A stretch of 64,000 nt of DNA, from assembly GCA_001949185.1 (NCBI GenBank), contig BDGG01000002.1, forward strand, positions 2,229,826 to 2,293,825. The letters are read 5' to 3'. This DNA is from Ramazzottius varieornatus (lineage: Eukaryota > Animalia > Tardigrada). Made by a program: the position numbers and the translations under genes. Position 1 is the first letter of the stretch. Every line of letters starts with the position of its first letter. The notes beneath the pieces are model-generated. The model was not told the origin of the DNA. It did not search any database and was given only the letters and a program-made list of their open reading frames with translations. Of the stretch, positions 38,001-49,070 are shown piece after piece.

Positions 38001-41000
38001 AAGAAATAGATCTTCTTACAGGCAGACCCGGTAAGCCATCTTTCCCCGGGCTTCCGACACTGGATGGTCCCATCAGACCTCGTGGACCTCGTTCTCCCTG
38101 CAAACCGGAGAAAAGCAAATAAATGAAACGAAAATACCGTACGGAAAATAAAGTGCAAGACGATAAAACACAAAGTCAGAATAAATGACGAACATACCGT
38201 GCTGATGCACCGCTTTACTACAGTAGTTTGATGCACAAGTAATTGGGAAAATGAGATTCTAGTGGACCGTTATTATCTCACGCGCTGAACTTTCTCTTCT
38301 GTACGGTAAAAGTATGAAAGTCTACATCTTTCTGAACTCCGGTACATCCTCCTTACCGGATCGCCCTGAACACCAGGAAATCCTCGTGGTCCTATCTCGC
38401 CTTTGATACCAGGTGGTCCTTGTCTTCCAGGCTGCCCGTCGTAGCCATGTAAACCAACAGCTCCCTGTGACGAAATATGAATATAGGAATCACCGGAACG
38501 CAGATTTTGGGTGTGACTGATATTGCTGTACTCACAGGTGGGCCGGATGGTCCGGGGCCGCCAGGCTCTCCTTTTTCACCCTGAAATACAAGATGTCCAT
38601 CAATGCGAACCGATAGTCGGGAGGCATAGCATTAGTTTTTCTAGTTTCTGCTGATTGGAATGGGAGATCGGTGGCATACTTTGAGCCTGAGAAGTAGTTC
38701 AGAAGGTATACCACCGGCTCCACCACCGGCTCCGCCACCGCCACCACCACCGCTATCGGAACCGCTACTGTAATCGTCAGCGTCCTGCAAAGCAAGGCCG
38801 CGTGCTGGTTAGGTTGGGAGCAAACAGCGAGGAGAGACAACTACGTTAATCATTCAACGAAGCGCGTTGCAAAACAAGGAAGCCACAAAAGCGTATGCAG
38901 GAGTTCGACGGTAAGGACGTAGCGTAGGTTGCTCACCTTCAGAATCATTCTTCGCTGCATATCGTTGGTGGAATCAATCAAAAGCTGAGATATGGACCGT
39001 GGCTTGCCACCCTAAAGAACATTCACTCAAATGACTGTCACTCAAGCTACATTGGAAGCAAGATGGTGGTGATCAGGCTGGAACAAAAGTTATCGCAAAA
39101 GCCTGAGCGGTGCAGAAGGCGGAAGTGCAACACAAAGAGGCGTATATAGATAGTCATAGATAGTAGTCATGCAGCTTGTCGCTTACCTTCGCGCCGTAGT
39201 ATGCTTCGTTTCCCATGTCGGAAGAGCCAGGGTCGCCTTTTTCCCCTTTCTGCCCATGCTCACCCTAAAAACCAAAACCAGGTATCCGTTGGTCAATTCG
39301 TCAAAATTAATAGGGGACCTCGTCACACTACAACAAAGTTCTGTTAGTACACGCGCATAGCCCAAATGAGGGCATGGATAAAACTGTGGGCCACGGAGCG
39401 AAAGCGGCACGGGCCAGCTCAAGTCGACCAATCAACCAAATCAATCGGAGCAGCGCCGCTGGCGCTCCTTGGCCCACAGTTTTGTCCATGCCCACATTTC
39501 AGGCCAGGCACTTGTACGTCGACTACTATACCTTTGCGCCGGGAGGTCCATCCATGCCTATAGGGCCCTGCAACAACAGAAAAATCAGCAGATGTGGGTG
39601 TATACGTTTGCTTGGGACCTTCGTGCGTCGTTTCGAATATTTGTTATCGCAATGTGATCATGCATGCATGGAGCAAGGTAAAGGGGATGGTCAGCATATG
39701 CGGGGTGGTAGCAATAAGCAAGGGGTAATCCATGTTAAAATGTCAAACCCACCGGAAATCCCTGTTCAAAACAAACACATATTACTTGTGAAGTTAGTGG
39801 TCACCGAGACTAAAGTTAGGGAATTATTGTGTTTCTCAGATCTCGCAGTTCTCGTCATGCGTGACTCAAACGAAAATAACCTTACTGGAAATCCTCTGTC
39901 GCCTTTAGAACCCTGCGAAAGACACGCACAGTTTTGTATGGGTGAATTGTGCCCCGATGGAGAACAGAAATCGAAGAAGAAGTTGCCACTACTGGATTGC
40001 GCACAGTCACACTTACTCTGGGTCCCGGAGGTCCTCGTAGAAGTTGCATCGTGTTCAGAAACTTTGGGTCATCCGCCTGCAGAAAATGTTAGCGATAAGA
40101 GTTATACTAAAATGGCTGAATGTTCGGGGAAAAAATCTCGCAGAGGCGCCAGATGGCGCCTCTGCCGTGATTACTTTACCTGAAAACCGAACATGTCCTC
40201 GGGTTTGGCCTGGAAAACGGATAGCAGGTAACCGGTAATTTTTTCAGATCGAAAAATTCTGCGTGGCTAAGAGTTTGTTCCAGTACTTACGGGCTCGCCG
40301 GTTTTTCCTTGCGGTCCCTGGAACGATAAATTGTCAGTTTGAATTTGTCGATATCTCGCTGACAGTCTGGCGTGGCGGACCATCGAAAGGTAAAGTGGGA
40401 AAGTAAGTTCATCGACGCCATACCGTTCAAAGATTAGTCAGATTCAGGTGAACCTCGAGAAGCGGAAGACAGAGGAAGAACATGAGATGGAGACCAGCCC
40501 TTCACCTTGTCCATGCATGGAAATGTACAGTCAGGACGAACTGAGAGACCATTCGGGAGGCGGAAGGGGTAAAAAGGTTTACTTTATGGAAGTTAGAGGA
40601 GAGAAAAACTCACAGGAAAGCCATTTCTGCCGGCTGCCCCGGCAAGACCCTGCAAGACATCAGTTACACAACACACAAGACCGAAGGAAACGGTTACGCG
40701 AACGGAAAATAACTGTAGCAAAGGGCGATATGGAGTTTCCCCACTATCTACGACCAAACTCTTTGCTTCAGTCAGTGCAGTGTAAAATATTCATCTCACC
40801 ATAGGTCCCGTGTCACCTTGGTCGCCTTTCGGTCCTCTTTTTCCTTGTTTTCCTGGAGGTCCTAAAAGAAGATGTGCTAAAGGTTAAAGTTGTCTCTGTT
40901 GATTTTACAGCACGACAATTTTTAGCACTTCTTGATCAGGCCACTAGGCGAACGAACTCCAACCGAAGTCTAACCTCCGAATTACATGTTGGGCGTTTTT

Positions 41001-44000
41001 CTACGATTTTAGCTGTGGTTCTCCGACACGCGTATGCAGAAGTCGACTGATCTTGACGAACGTAATCATTGAATATCAGGGAAGGGTGATCTTCGACTGG
41101 TACTTTGATAGAGAGGAGGACTGTCAGAATCCTCTCATCAGTGGCAGTCAAGGTGGTAGTGCCACTACCGCAAAGCGCAACCGCCAAAGACGGCTTTGTA
41201 TGGTGCACTACCGGCAAGCACTTCACGACATGACAAACAAAATAAGCTTTGGCACTTCAAGTTGCGGTGACCATCAGGACGCAAAGCAGCGGTTGAGAAA
41301 TCCGACGAAAAGCCATGTGAGAGATCAAACAGTTCTTAGGCCGTATTTGGCGGATGAGCGTGTTTGTATGCACAGGCACTTCAACTGCCGCAGCTTATGG
41401 ATGGGAGAAACAAGTACCGCTTTCGGTTTCACTGGCTAATTATCCCTTAATTAAGTGCCCGCAGATTAGCGCCAAACTGCTCCACTCTGTAATCGCGAGG
41501 CCATTGCCTGTACAAGTGGAACGTCCAGCTGCAGAATGGAGAGATGTTTGAGCAGAAGTGTTGACAGTCGAGCTAGCTAACCCAACCGACGTCCGAGCAA
41601 AGAATGGCTCCATTGAAAAGTACAATATCCATATTTGTGGCGCAAGCGGATATTTTGCTAAAAGTATGCTAGCTTACAATGGGGTCAATACGGACAGCAG
41701 CTAGACGTTTGTCGGGGTCAGATGAACAAATACATCCAGATGATGTTACCCATGTCCGCGGTAACGGCAGAACTTGCCTGGTTCACCGGCAAACCACATG
41801 TTGGTTCAATCAGTTGGATAATACTCTCAGCTCGGAGTTTCAGGCCGAATATGTCCAGCTGAACAACACGACCCCATCGTGTTGAACTCTTCCAAAGAAG
41901 CATACATGGTCTTGGTTCTAACAAGAGCTGTCTTGGAGAACAACCAAAAACCTGAGGATTATTTTAGTTGTTGGATGGCGCCACCTGAGCACAGCTATGC
42001 GGCTGAAAAACTGTACCATCGCACTGTGTTGGTCTCGGCAGTTTTGTACGATCTGTTTTCCCCTTTCACCGTTCTTGCTGTTCGAGATTAACCACGTCCT
42101 TGCGGTAGAACAGCACTTTCCAGAGTGGAAGAAATTCACACGAGCGATACTTCGACCGAGTTTGTCGGAACATGGTCCACTGTTTGCACAAGACAAAACA
42201 TCGTGACAGCTTGCTCGAAGGAATACAGATTGAGAGTTTATTTTCTTGTCATGTCAAGTACATATTATGACACTCAGAGAAGCTAGGCAGACGCAATCAC
42301 AGCATGTGCAAAATAAAATAGCGATCGTAAACTTTATTGATCTAACAAATTAACATTCTTCTTTTCCTTCAAAGAATTTGTTTTTCCATAAATCTCGATT
42401 GCTTTCTTTGGCCATCTTCATACCATCTAATTTTTTATGAAAGACATCCTCCGTTCATGGACACAGTTCTGACCGCTGCTCGAAAACAGTTCTCAGTCTT
42501 GTTTGCTTTCAAGCAGGAATCGTCCATATTAAGTTTCCCCAGGATTAATTCAATTTCAATGGAGAACTTGTATTCCAGTCCAAAGATTGTCAATCGACTA
42601 ATCCTCGATTGAAAGCTGACTTCTCCCTAAACCAGTTTCCTTAGCAGAGAGCTGGGCAAATGAAGTGAGCCAGATCGCGTTGCAAGTGGCGCACTCTTCC
42701 ACCCAGTAACAACAAAAGGTGCGCCACTGGAAATAGCGATCTGGTTCAATTCATTCGCCTAGTTCCCAGTTATCGGACGGGCTCAACTCTTGTTCGTTAT
42801 CGGAATTGACTAGACAAACGTTGCATCCAACGAACGAAAAGAGGTCAATGAAATTACGTGACCAGGTGTTAGGGAGAGTTTCCAATACTGCCCAAGGAAA
42901 CAATAAGCCGAAGGCTCATCCTTATTTTTGCATATCGGTAAATGAGCGGCCCGCCCTGACCGGTCTTATCCAACTTGTGAATCATGGCGTGATGATGGAT
43001 AGATTGGGTGTAATGATTAGCCGGCTGTTTGGCCATTTTCTTCCTTGCCTGATTGAGCTATCTCGAAAGAGCGCTCATCCACAGGACTTCGAGGACTCCC
43101 TCATGAGCGGCAGCTGACCAGAGTCGGATATAATTTACCTCCATGCAACACAAAAACAAGAGCACAAAGGGGAGAACGGCTGGACACTAACGAGTGGCAA
43201 CCACTATCTGTTCTTCCTGAGGGTCTCATTAAGGGCGGAGACGTTAACATTGGGGAAAAGGGTTGCGTGACAAAATCGATTGTGGCTGCTAGGTCAACGT
43301 CCCAAAGTACTCTTCAGCGTCCTCCAGGAAGCTTACGATTCTGTCTGAAGGACACTTTAAATTTACATGGAACACTCAGAACAATGTTCCCTTTTTCGAT
43401 GTTGAGCTTTTGACTGTAGAAAAACTTTACCTGGGTGGTTTTGAACAGTTTGTGAATTTTATGGTTCCTGAAAGAAGAATGAACCCTGGTATAGCTGATG
43501 GATCGATGAGGAAATATTTCGGGTGGAGTTGAGTGGAGTGGATTACTAGGGAGATTAATGAGGAGAAGTGGCCTGAAGGGAATGCAAAGTGGATAGGCAG
43601 TGATGTGGAACGTTGATGTGAGAAGCACGCTCGTGGAAGGACTAAACTACCGGTTAAAGGCCGTAAAGCAGTGACGGCTAAAGACGATTACCGGACGCGC
43701 TGTTATCGAATATTATTCGAGCATAACTGATACTTGTCAAGTGGACAAGATAAGCATGGATGGGAAGAATTGCTAGTTGGTAGCCTGCCAGCCTATAAAT
43801 AGTGACGGAGAATGGCTGGATGCCGAAAATCTCTTAATTAAGTCTGAGGTGTTTACGGCGCTGTAAACATCTGGCTGGCGCGCCACTTCATTTCACGACA
43901 GAATTTCTATTTTACATGCAAACTTTAACCAAAATCTTAACATCCAAAACAGTCGAACCTTCCCCAAACAAGCATCAGATGATCATTATTTCGAGCGGCG

Positions 44001-46295
44001 CAGTTTTCTTTTGTACTGGCTGAAAACATGCTCCACTTGGGGAGCTCGATAACAGTGCTTTTTCCAAGTGGAGCACGTTTCCAGCCAGCGGCAAAGAAAA
44101 CTGCGCCACTTAGAATAACGATCATCCCCAGATTGTCTGCTGGTCTGCTAGATATTCCACAGTGTGTAGGACAGATCTAGCGGTCTAAATTGATGGCCAC
44201 GACATACGGTGGAACTAGACCGTAGAGCGGTAGATGTTTTAAGGTTGAGTGGCAGTACTTTGATGGGGCGATTACGACTGAGCGATAACGGTTGCGTGTT
44301 GCATAAAAAAGTGCGATTTAGCGGCAATCAAAAGGTTTGCCGCTTCCGTAAGACGCACGAATATGCCATACATCCGAAATGGGTATCGATATAGACAGAT
44401 TGTGATCTAGATCCGTTGACAAGTATCGGCTCAAACGGCACAATATCGATAAAGCGATGAGCGCCACATGTTGTTTGAAGGCTTGCTTTTGAATAGAGAC
44501 TCATAATTTATTAAAGAAAGTATGTGTGCGTCGTCATTCTTCGATCTATCCTTTTGAAGACTGTAACCGTCTCTCTTCGGCTTCCGCTCAGACCGAGCCA
44601 ACTTCCACCGGATGAAGAGCGACGTGTTTGTGAATGTACATTCTTACGCGTGATTAAGTCGCAAATCCACCCCAAATACTTCATTGTCGGGACACAGCCC
44701 TCGTGCATGGCCGCCGTACAATTGGCGAATACGCTTTTGAACATTTCACAATCTTTTGATATCTTAATTCCAAAGCAAGACGCGGAACCTGATGAAAAAC
44801 GCCAACGGGCTCCAATCATTCACCTTGACAAGATTACACCTTTGCTGACATCTCACAGCCGTATTTCAACCATCCATATCTTGATCCCAGTTTTTCCGCG
44901 TGCCTACAAGCCTCTGAGACGAGCATTCAGCGCGAACTGTTTCTTTGAGACTTCCAGCTAAGTATGATCATAGTACGAAAATGACAACCACATATGCTCA
45001 GATATCGATATGTATTTCTCCTGCGCAGTTTTTGGTTTTACCGCCTAGTGTAGCGCAGAAGTTTTAGCTATGGCGCTATTTCCACTCTGCTATGTATTTT
45101 TCCAGAGTTCCTTAACTCAAATCGCGAGAATTTACTCCATACAATCACCAGTATTCGGCTGAATATATGCTCAATATGAAACAAGTTGGTCTTGCATGAA
45201 AAACCAAAGCCCGAAGGACGCGATCAGACTGTTGGTAGGGTGAGGAAACTGAGCGTCGCGAATAATGGTAATTTACGAGGTGCCATGCGAGTGGGAAGAA
45301 AGGATAGAATTCTTGACTGTGTTGTGTTGATGGTCAAGAGCCTGATTGTCTCGTAACAAAAGACCGCTAATAAGCAGGCGAGCTGTGGTGTTCTATGTCT
45401 CGCTAAGCTCGATTGCACATGTGGCCATCAGCAGTATAATAAAACGGGTTCAGAGAAGAAGAAGATTGCCTTACCTGGAGGACAGTAACAGTGATGGCCT
45501 TGTTGTCCGGCGAGGTGTTTATTGCTGGCACTGGCTGTTAACGCCGCGACCACCGGATGATGGCGCGATGAGGAAGAATCACCACCACCACCGCTTTCCG
45601 ATAACCATTCCGCGTATGGGTCGCGAACGTTTCTTCTTTGTATGTGGTGCAAATCCGATGAATTTGTGGGTGCATCCACCTTCATCGGTGATATTATCCT
45701 CTGAAATCCAAAACGTTTAGCTTTCGTTCAGTCTGCTTATGCATGGACACGAAATGTGAGCTTTGTAAAGAAACTCGACAAAACTGTTTCTTCAAGTGGT
45801 GCATTTTTACGGTGTCACAAGCTAAACATGTGCGCCGCTTAAAAATGCGATCTTGTCTAGTCTGTTCACCAAGCGCCAAATTTCGATTTTTCCCCTGGCT
45901 GTAGCGGTGAGGTTTAAAGTATCGTATTGCGGACTATAACGGTGGACTGAATTCATTTTTGCATGGGGTATGTAGTGTATGGTGTATTGTGCAATTTGGG
46001 CGAATATAATGTGGAGGATGCTTACTTGAATAGGTGAAATCCTAAGGAATTCTCTGAGCTGTTGTAACTCACTCTCCAATATTTGCACTCTCCACAGTGA
46101 ATAGGCGGATGAGCACAGGCAGAGAATCCACAGCAAAGAATAGAAAATATTCCTGACTAAATCCCACCATGACCAGGAGGAAGAGGTGCTGTCACAGCGT
46201 CGCCTATTTCTCAACACCGGCTTTTGTTCTTGAGTGTAGTCTTCCGATGAGGTGGGAGACTCTTGTGATGGCGCCTCTCGATACTCCATGTCCAT
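35099..46295 (-). CDS. Type II transmembrane collagen, MACIT family (collagen XIII/XXIII/XXV, nematode COL-99-like)
   Basis: Exon 1: cytoplasmic N-terminus, [21 protein letters not shown] and coiled coil [12 protein letters not shown]. Exon 2: furin-type RRNVR and CYCPPG. Many small Gly-X-Y exons at 35440-40862. Last exon [21 protein letters not shown]...stop is the characteristic MACIT C-terminus. Confidence 0.92.
40120..40194. repeat. Short palindrome in collagen intron
   Basis: Perfect core gcagaggcgcca-ga-tggcgcctctgc (40140-40165), with outer atgttcgg/ccgaacat. Confidence 0.7.
42649..42765. repeat. Short palindromic element, family A
   Basis: ctgggcaaatgaagtgagccagatcgcgttgcaagtggcgcac ... 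gtgcgccactggaaatagcgatctggttcaattcattcgcctag. Confidence 0.85.
43978..44126. repeat. Inverted dimer of family A units
   Basis: 43978-44040 is the reverse complement of 44063-44126; each half resembles the family A core (ccaagtggagcacgtttccagccag...ctgcgccacttagaataacgatc). Confidence 0.75.
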
Positions 46296-48437
46296 GGCCC
46301 CACACTTCACCTTACGACCAAAATAAATACAACAGCCTATCCGATCATCATGTCATATAAGCACGTCAAACTGGAAACAGTGGCGCACTTTTGTAAAACG
46401 GTCAAATTCCGCTTTACTGAATTGGTAATGGAACGATGAAAAATGGGACGGATGAATACATGGTACCATAAAACACGTGCATTCGTCAAGCGCTCAACAT
46501 TGGGCTTTTCAGGAGAACCTCCGGACGTCACCGAGCGGGATAATGTTGATGCAGTTCAAGCGTTCGTGCTAAGTAGAGAACGTCCGATTGACAGGTTAGA
46601 ATCAAGCAAATGCGATTTTGTGGGAATGCAGTCCTTGCATGCGCCGCTGATTAAAGGAACGAAAAAGAGGATAGGAGATGAGGAAAAAGTAGTGCTGCAC
46701 GATCTTCGCGCACGAGACTGACTTGACAGCGCAGTTAACCATCGGACAGCCTTTGCAAATAAATTCATACTGTATGCAGCGAAGCAGCTCGAGCTTGACA
46801 GAACTGTGTTGTGGTACGGTATGGACAGATATAGGGCTGAGATAGAAATGGAGATAGCCAGACAGCAACATTCAAGAGTCAACAGCCTTTTCTCCCCTTT
46901 CGATCTGCCATCTAATCCACCTCCGTAAGTGTTATACGTCCACAGCTGTGCCTGTAATCCGGTGCGTCGAGGAACATTCCCATCATGAGAATATCGTAGA
47001 AAAAATCCTAAAATGGGTTCAGCTCGTGCGTTTGGATATACAGTAACCGAAAGTAATTGCACTCTACACTGTAGGTTCTCCAGTTGTACGAAAGGATATA
47101 AATCGAGCCTTTTTTCTCTCAGAACTAAGTACTTTTATGCAGCAACGAGCTGGACGACAGGTGATGGGCGTTGCCCTTTGAGTTGTCACGCTCGATTACG
47201 GAGAGAAAGCGTGAGGGGAGTTCCAAGACTGATCGTGGGAGTACTCATGAATTTCTTTTGCTAGGAATAATTCCCAATGGAAAATGCAAAATTTCTGATC
47301 GAGCTTGAAGACGGGAACTACATTTACCTTCTATGTATAGAAGTGTCGTATGTCTTGTCAATTAATATAGTGCTCTGCTGGACCACAGTGTAGTTGTGAT
47401 TAAAGTGTACAGTATATAAGCTGGTAGGGTCACATAAAAAGAACGTCTTTCCTTGATTAACGCTTTATCAGCACTCCATCGACAGAGAAATTCCCAGGCA
47501 GCAAAAGAGTTGTGACATTTGGGCCATGTTAAATTCTTAATGATACTTCAGATGTGTCACTGAGAATTTTTTCCAACTGCTCGTAAATCATCTGTCAGTC
47601 TTCATGAGAATCGCTACAAGTTTCCGGGTCAGAAATGAAACTGCGTATCCGGCTGATATTCTCTTTTGGCTTTCTTTGTGCGGGAAAGCAGTGTTTGTTT
47701 CAATCAGAGTCGGTCGTGGAGAGTGTTTGTTTTAGCAATTTAATCTGGAAAAAAGCATGCGTGTCTTGTTGACAGAAGGGTGTCAAATGGCCGTGTACGC
47801 TTACAAACGGCTCTGTTGTTGGTGCGACTGTAGCGTTTCCGAATTTAATCAGGAGATGTTTGAGAGTGCCGATGTTGGAAGGGACAGGCAGTCTTTCCGA
47901 GTTTACACAACCTAAAGAATATGCCGACAGACAGGAAGTCCCGCAGGATAGTCTTTGCGATACTTTCCAACCCTCCATGCACCGTAAAATTACAATGTTC
48001 AGGAGCGGCATATTGGGAGCGCCACCGTAGCTGCAGTGCACTGGATTTTGTCAACGCTGAAAATTTGTCTCTACATACGGTATGTTCGAGTTCGACGCCA
48101 AGATCTTCCTGCATTTGGATTTCAAAATTAGTTCCGGGTGTCTGACAGTAATTTTGCAACAGGATTTCAACACCTCGAGGCACCTCGTGTTCGTAATCCT
48201 GAGGCACCTGGAAAATGGATAAACGTGATGTTCCGTCGAAAATATCAACCGAAAAATTTGTAATTGAGCTGTCGAAGCTTTGGCATTGCCTCTTTCCAGC
48301 CTTCGACTTTTTTCTAGCTTGAATAAAAATGGTTCCATATCCAATATTCAGCGCATGGGCATTCGCTTACGTGTTCTTCGGAAGACCGGATCTCTCGCCA
48401 ATCCGTACTGAAAAGCTTAAGGGACGACCACAAGGAG

Positions 48438-48671
48438 TTGCCCGGTGGGACAAAGATGACGCATGTGCAACGCTTTGAGATTTACCCACCGAGACAGAAG
48501 GACCCAGGCATCCACGCCGCAAAATCAATTCCGAATGTCCTAGCAATGGCTCCAGCGAATAAACCTTGCTTCTGTCCAGATCCAAACGGCATGTGTCTAC
48601 GCGTCCTGATCAAAGAGAAAATCTGTGTCTGCAAATCGAACTATAAATTTGTGGGAGGAAAATGCACATGA
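48438..48671 (+). CDS. Possible terminal exon of a small cysteine-rich (EGF/EB-like) protein, or a pseudogene
   Basis: C-terminal PCFCPDPNGMCLRVLIKEKICVCKSNYKFVGGKCT-stop. A signal-peptide-like MKLRIRLIFSFGFLCA starts at 47635, but I could not build a clean splice path. Confidence 0.4.
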   Translation: MPGGTKMTHVQRFEIYPPRQKDPGIHAAKSIPNVLAMAPANKPCFCPDPNGMCLRVLIKEKICVCKSNYKFVGGKCT

Positions 48672-49070
48672 TAGAGCATTGCAGCGTACAGAAGCCGCCA
48701 ACCGAACCTCGTTCTGTGATTTCTATTGCCCGCCTGCTTTCGAAGCTCTAGCGTGTCTTGGTACCCGTTAAAATTTCTGACTTGAAGTTTTCAGTGCGCA
48801 GTGGGTGAACGGCAAACTCGAAGATTTGGATTTGGAGCTACAGTGCACAAAATGCATCCCTCCCGGCAGTCAGGTGACCTTGTTACACCAATCAGCGCTA
48901 ACCATCGTCACGTGACCACCGGAAAGGATGCTTTTTGTACGCTGTAGATTGATTTAGGTTCTAACTTACGAGCAAATAGGCAGACGTTACTTGCACGAAA
49001 GTACAGCATTTATGACTGGAATAGTGTCTTCTTAATTTTGGGTAGAGAATGCACAGGATATCGCATGTCT

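Noticed and set aside
39374-40183. 269-aa plus-strand ORF
   Set aside because: Antisense to collagen exons and introns, no motif; likely a chance ORF.
41053-42206. Nested gene in the large collagen intron
   Set aside because: Fragmented ORFs with many stops and no family I can recognise.
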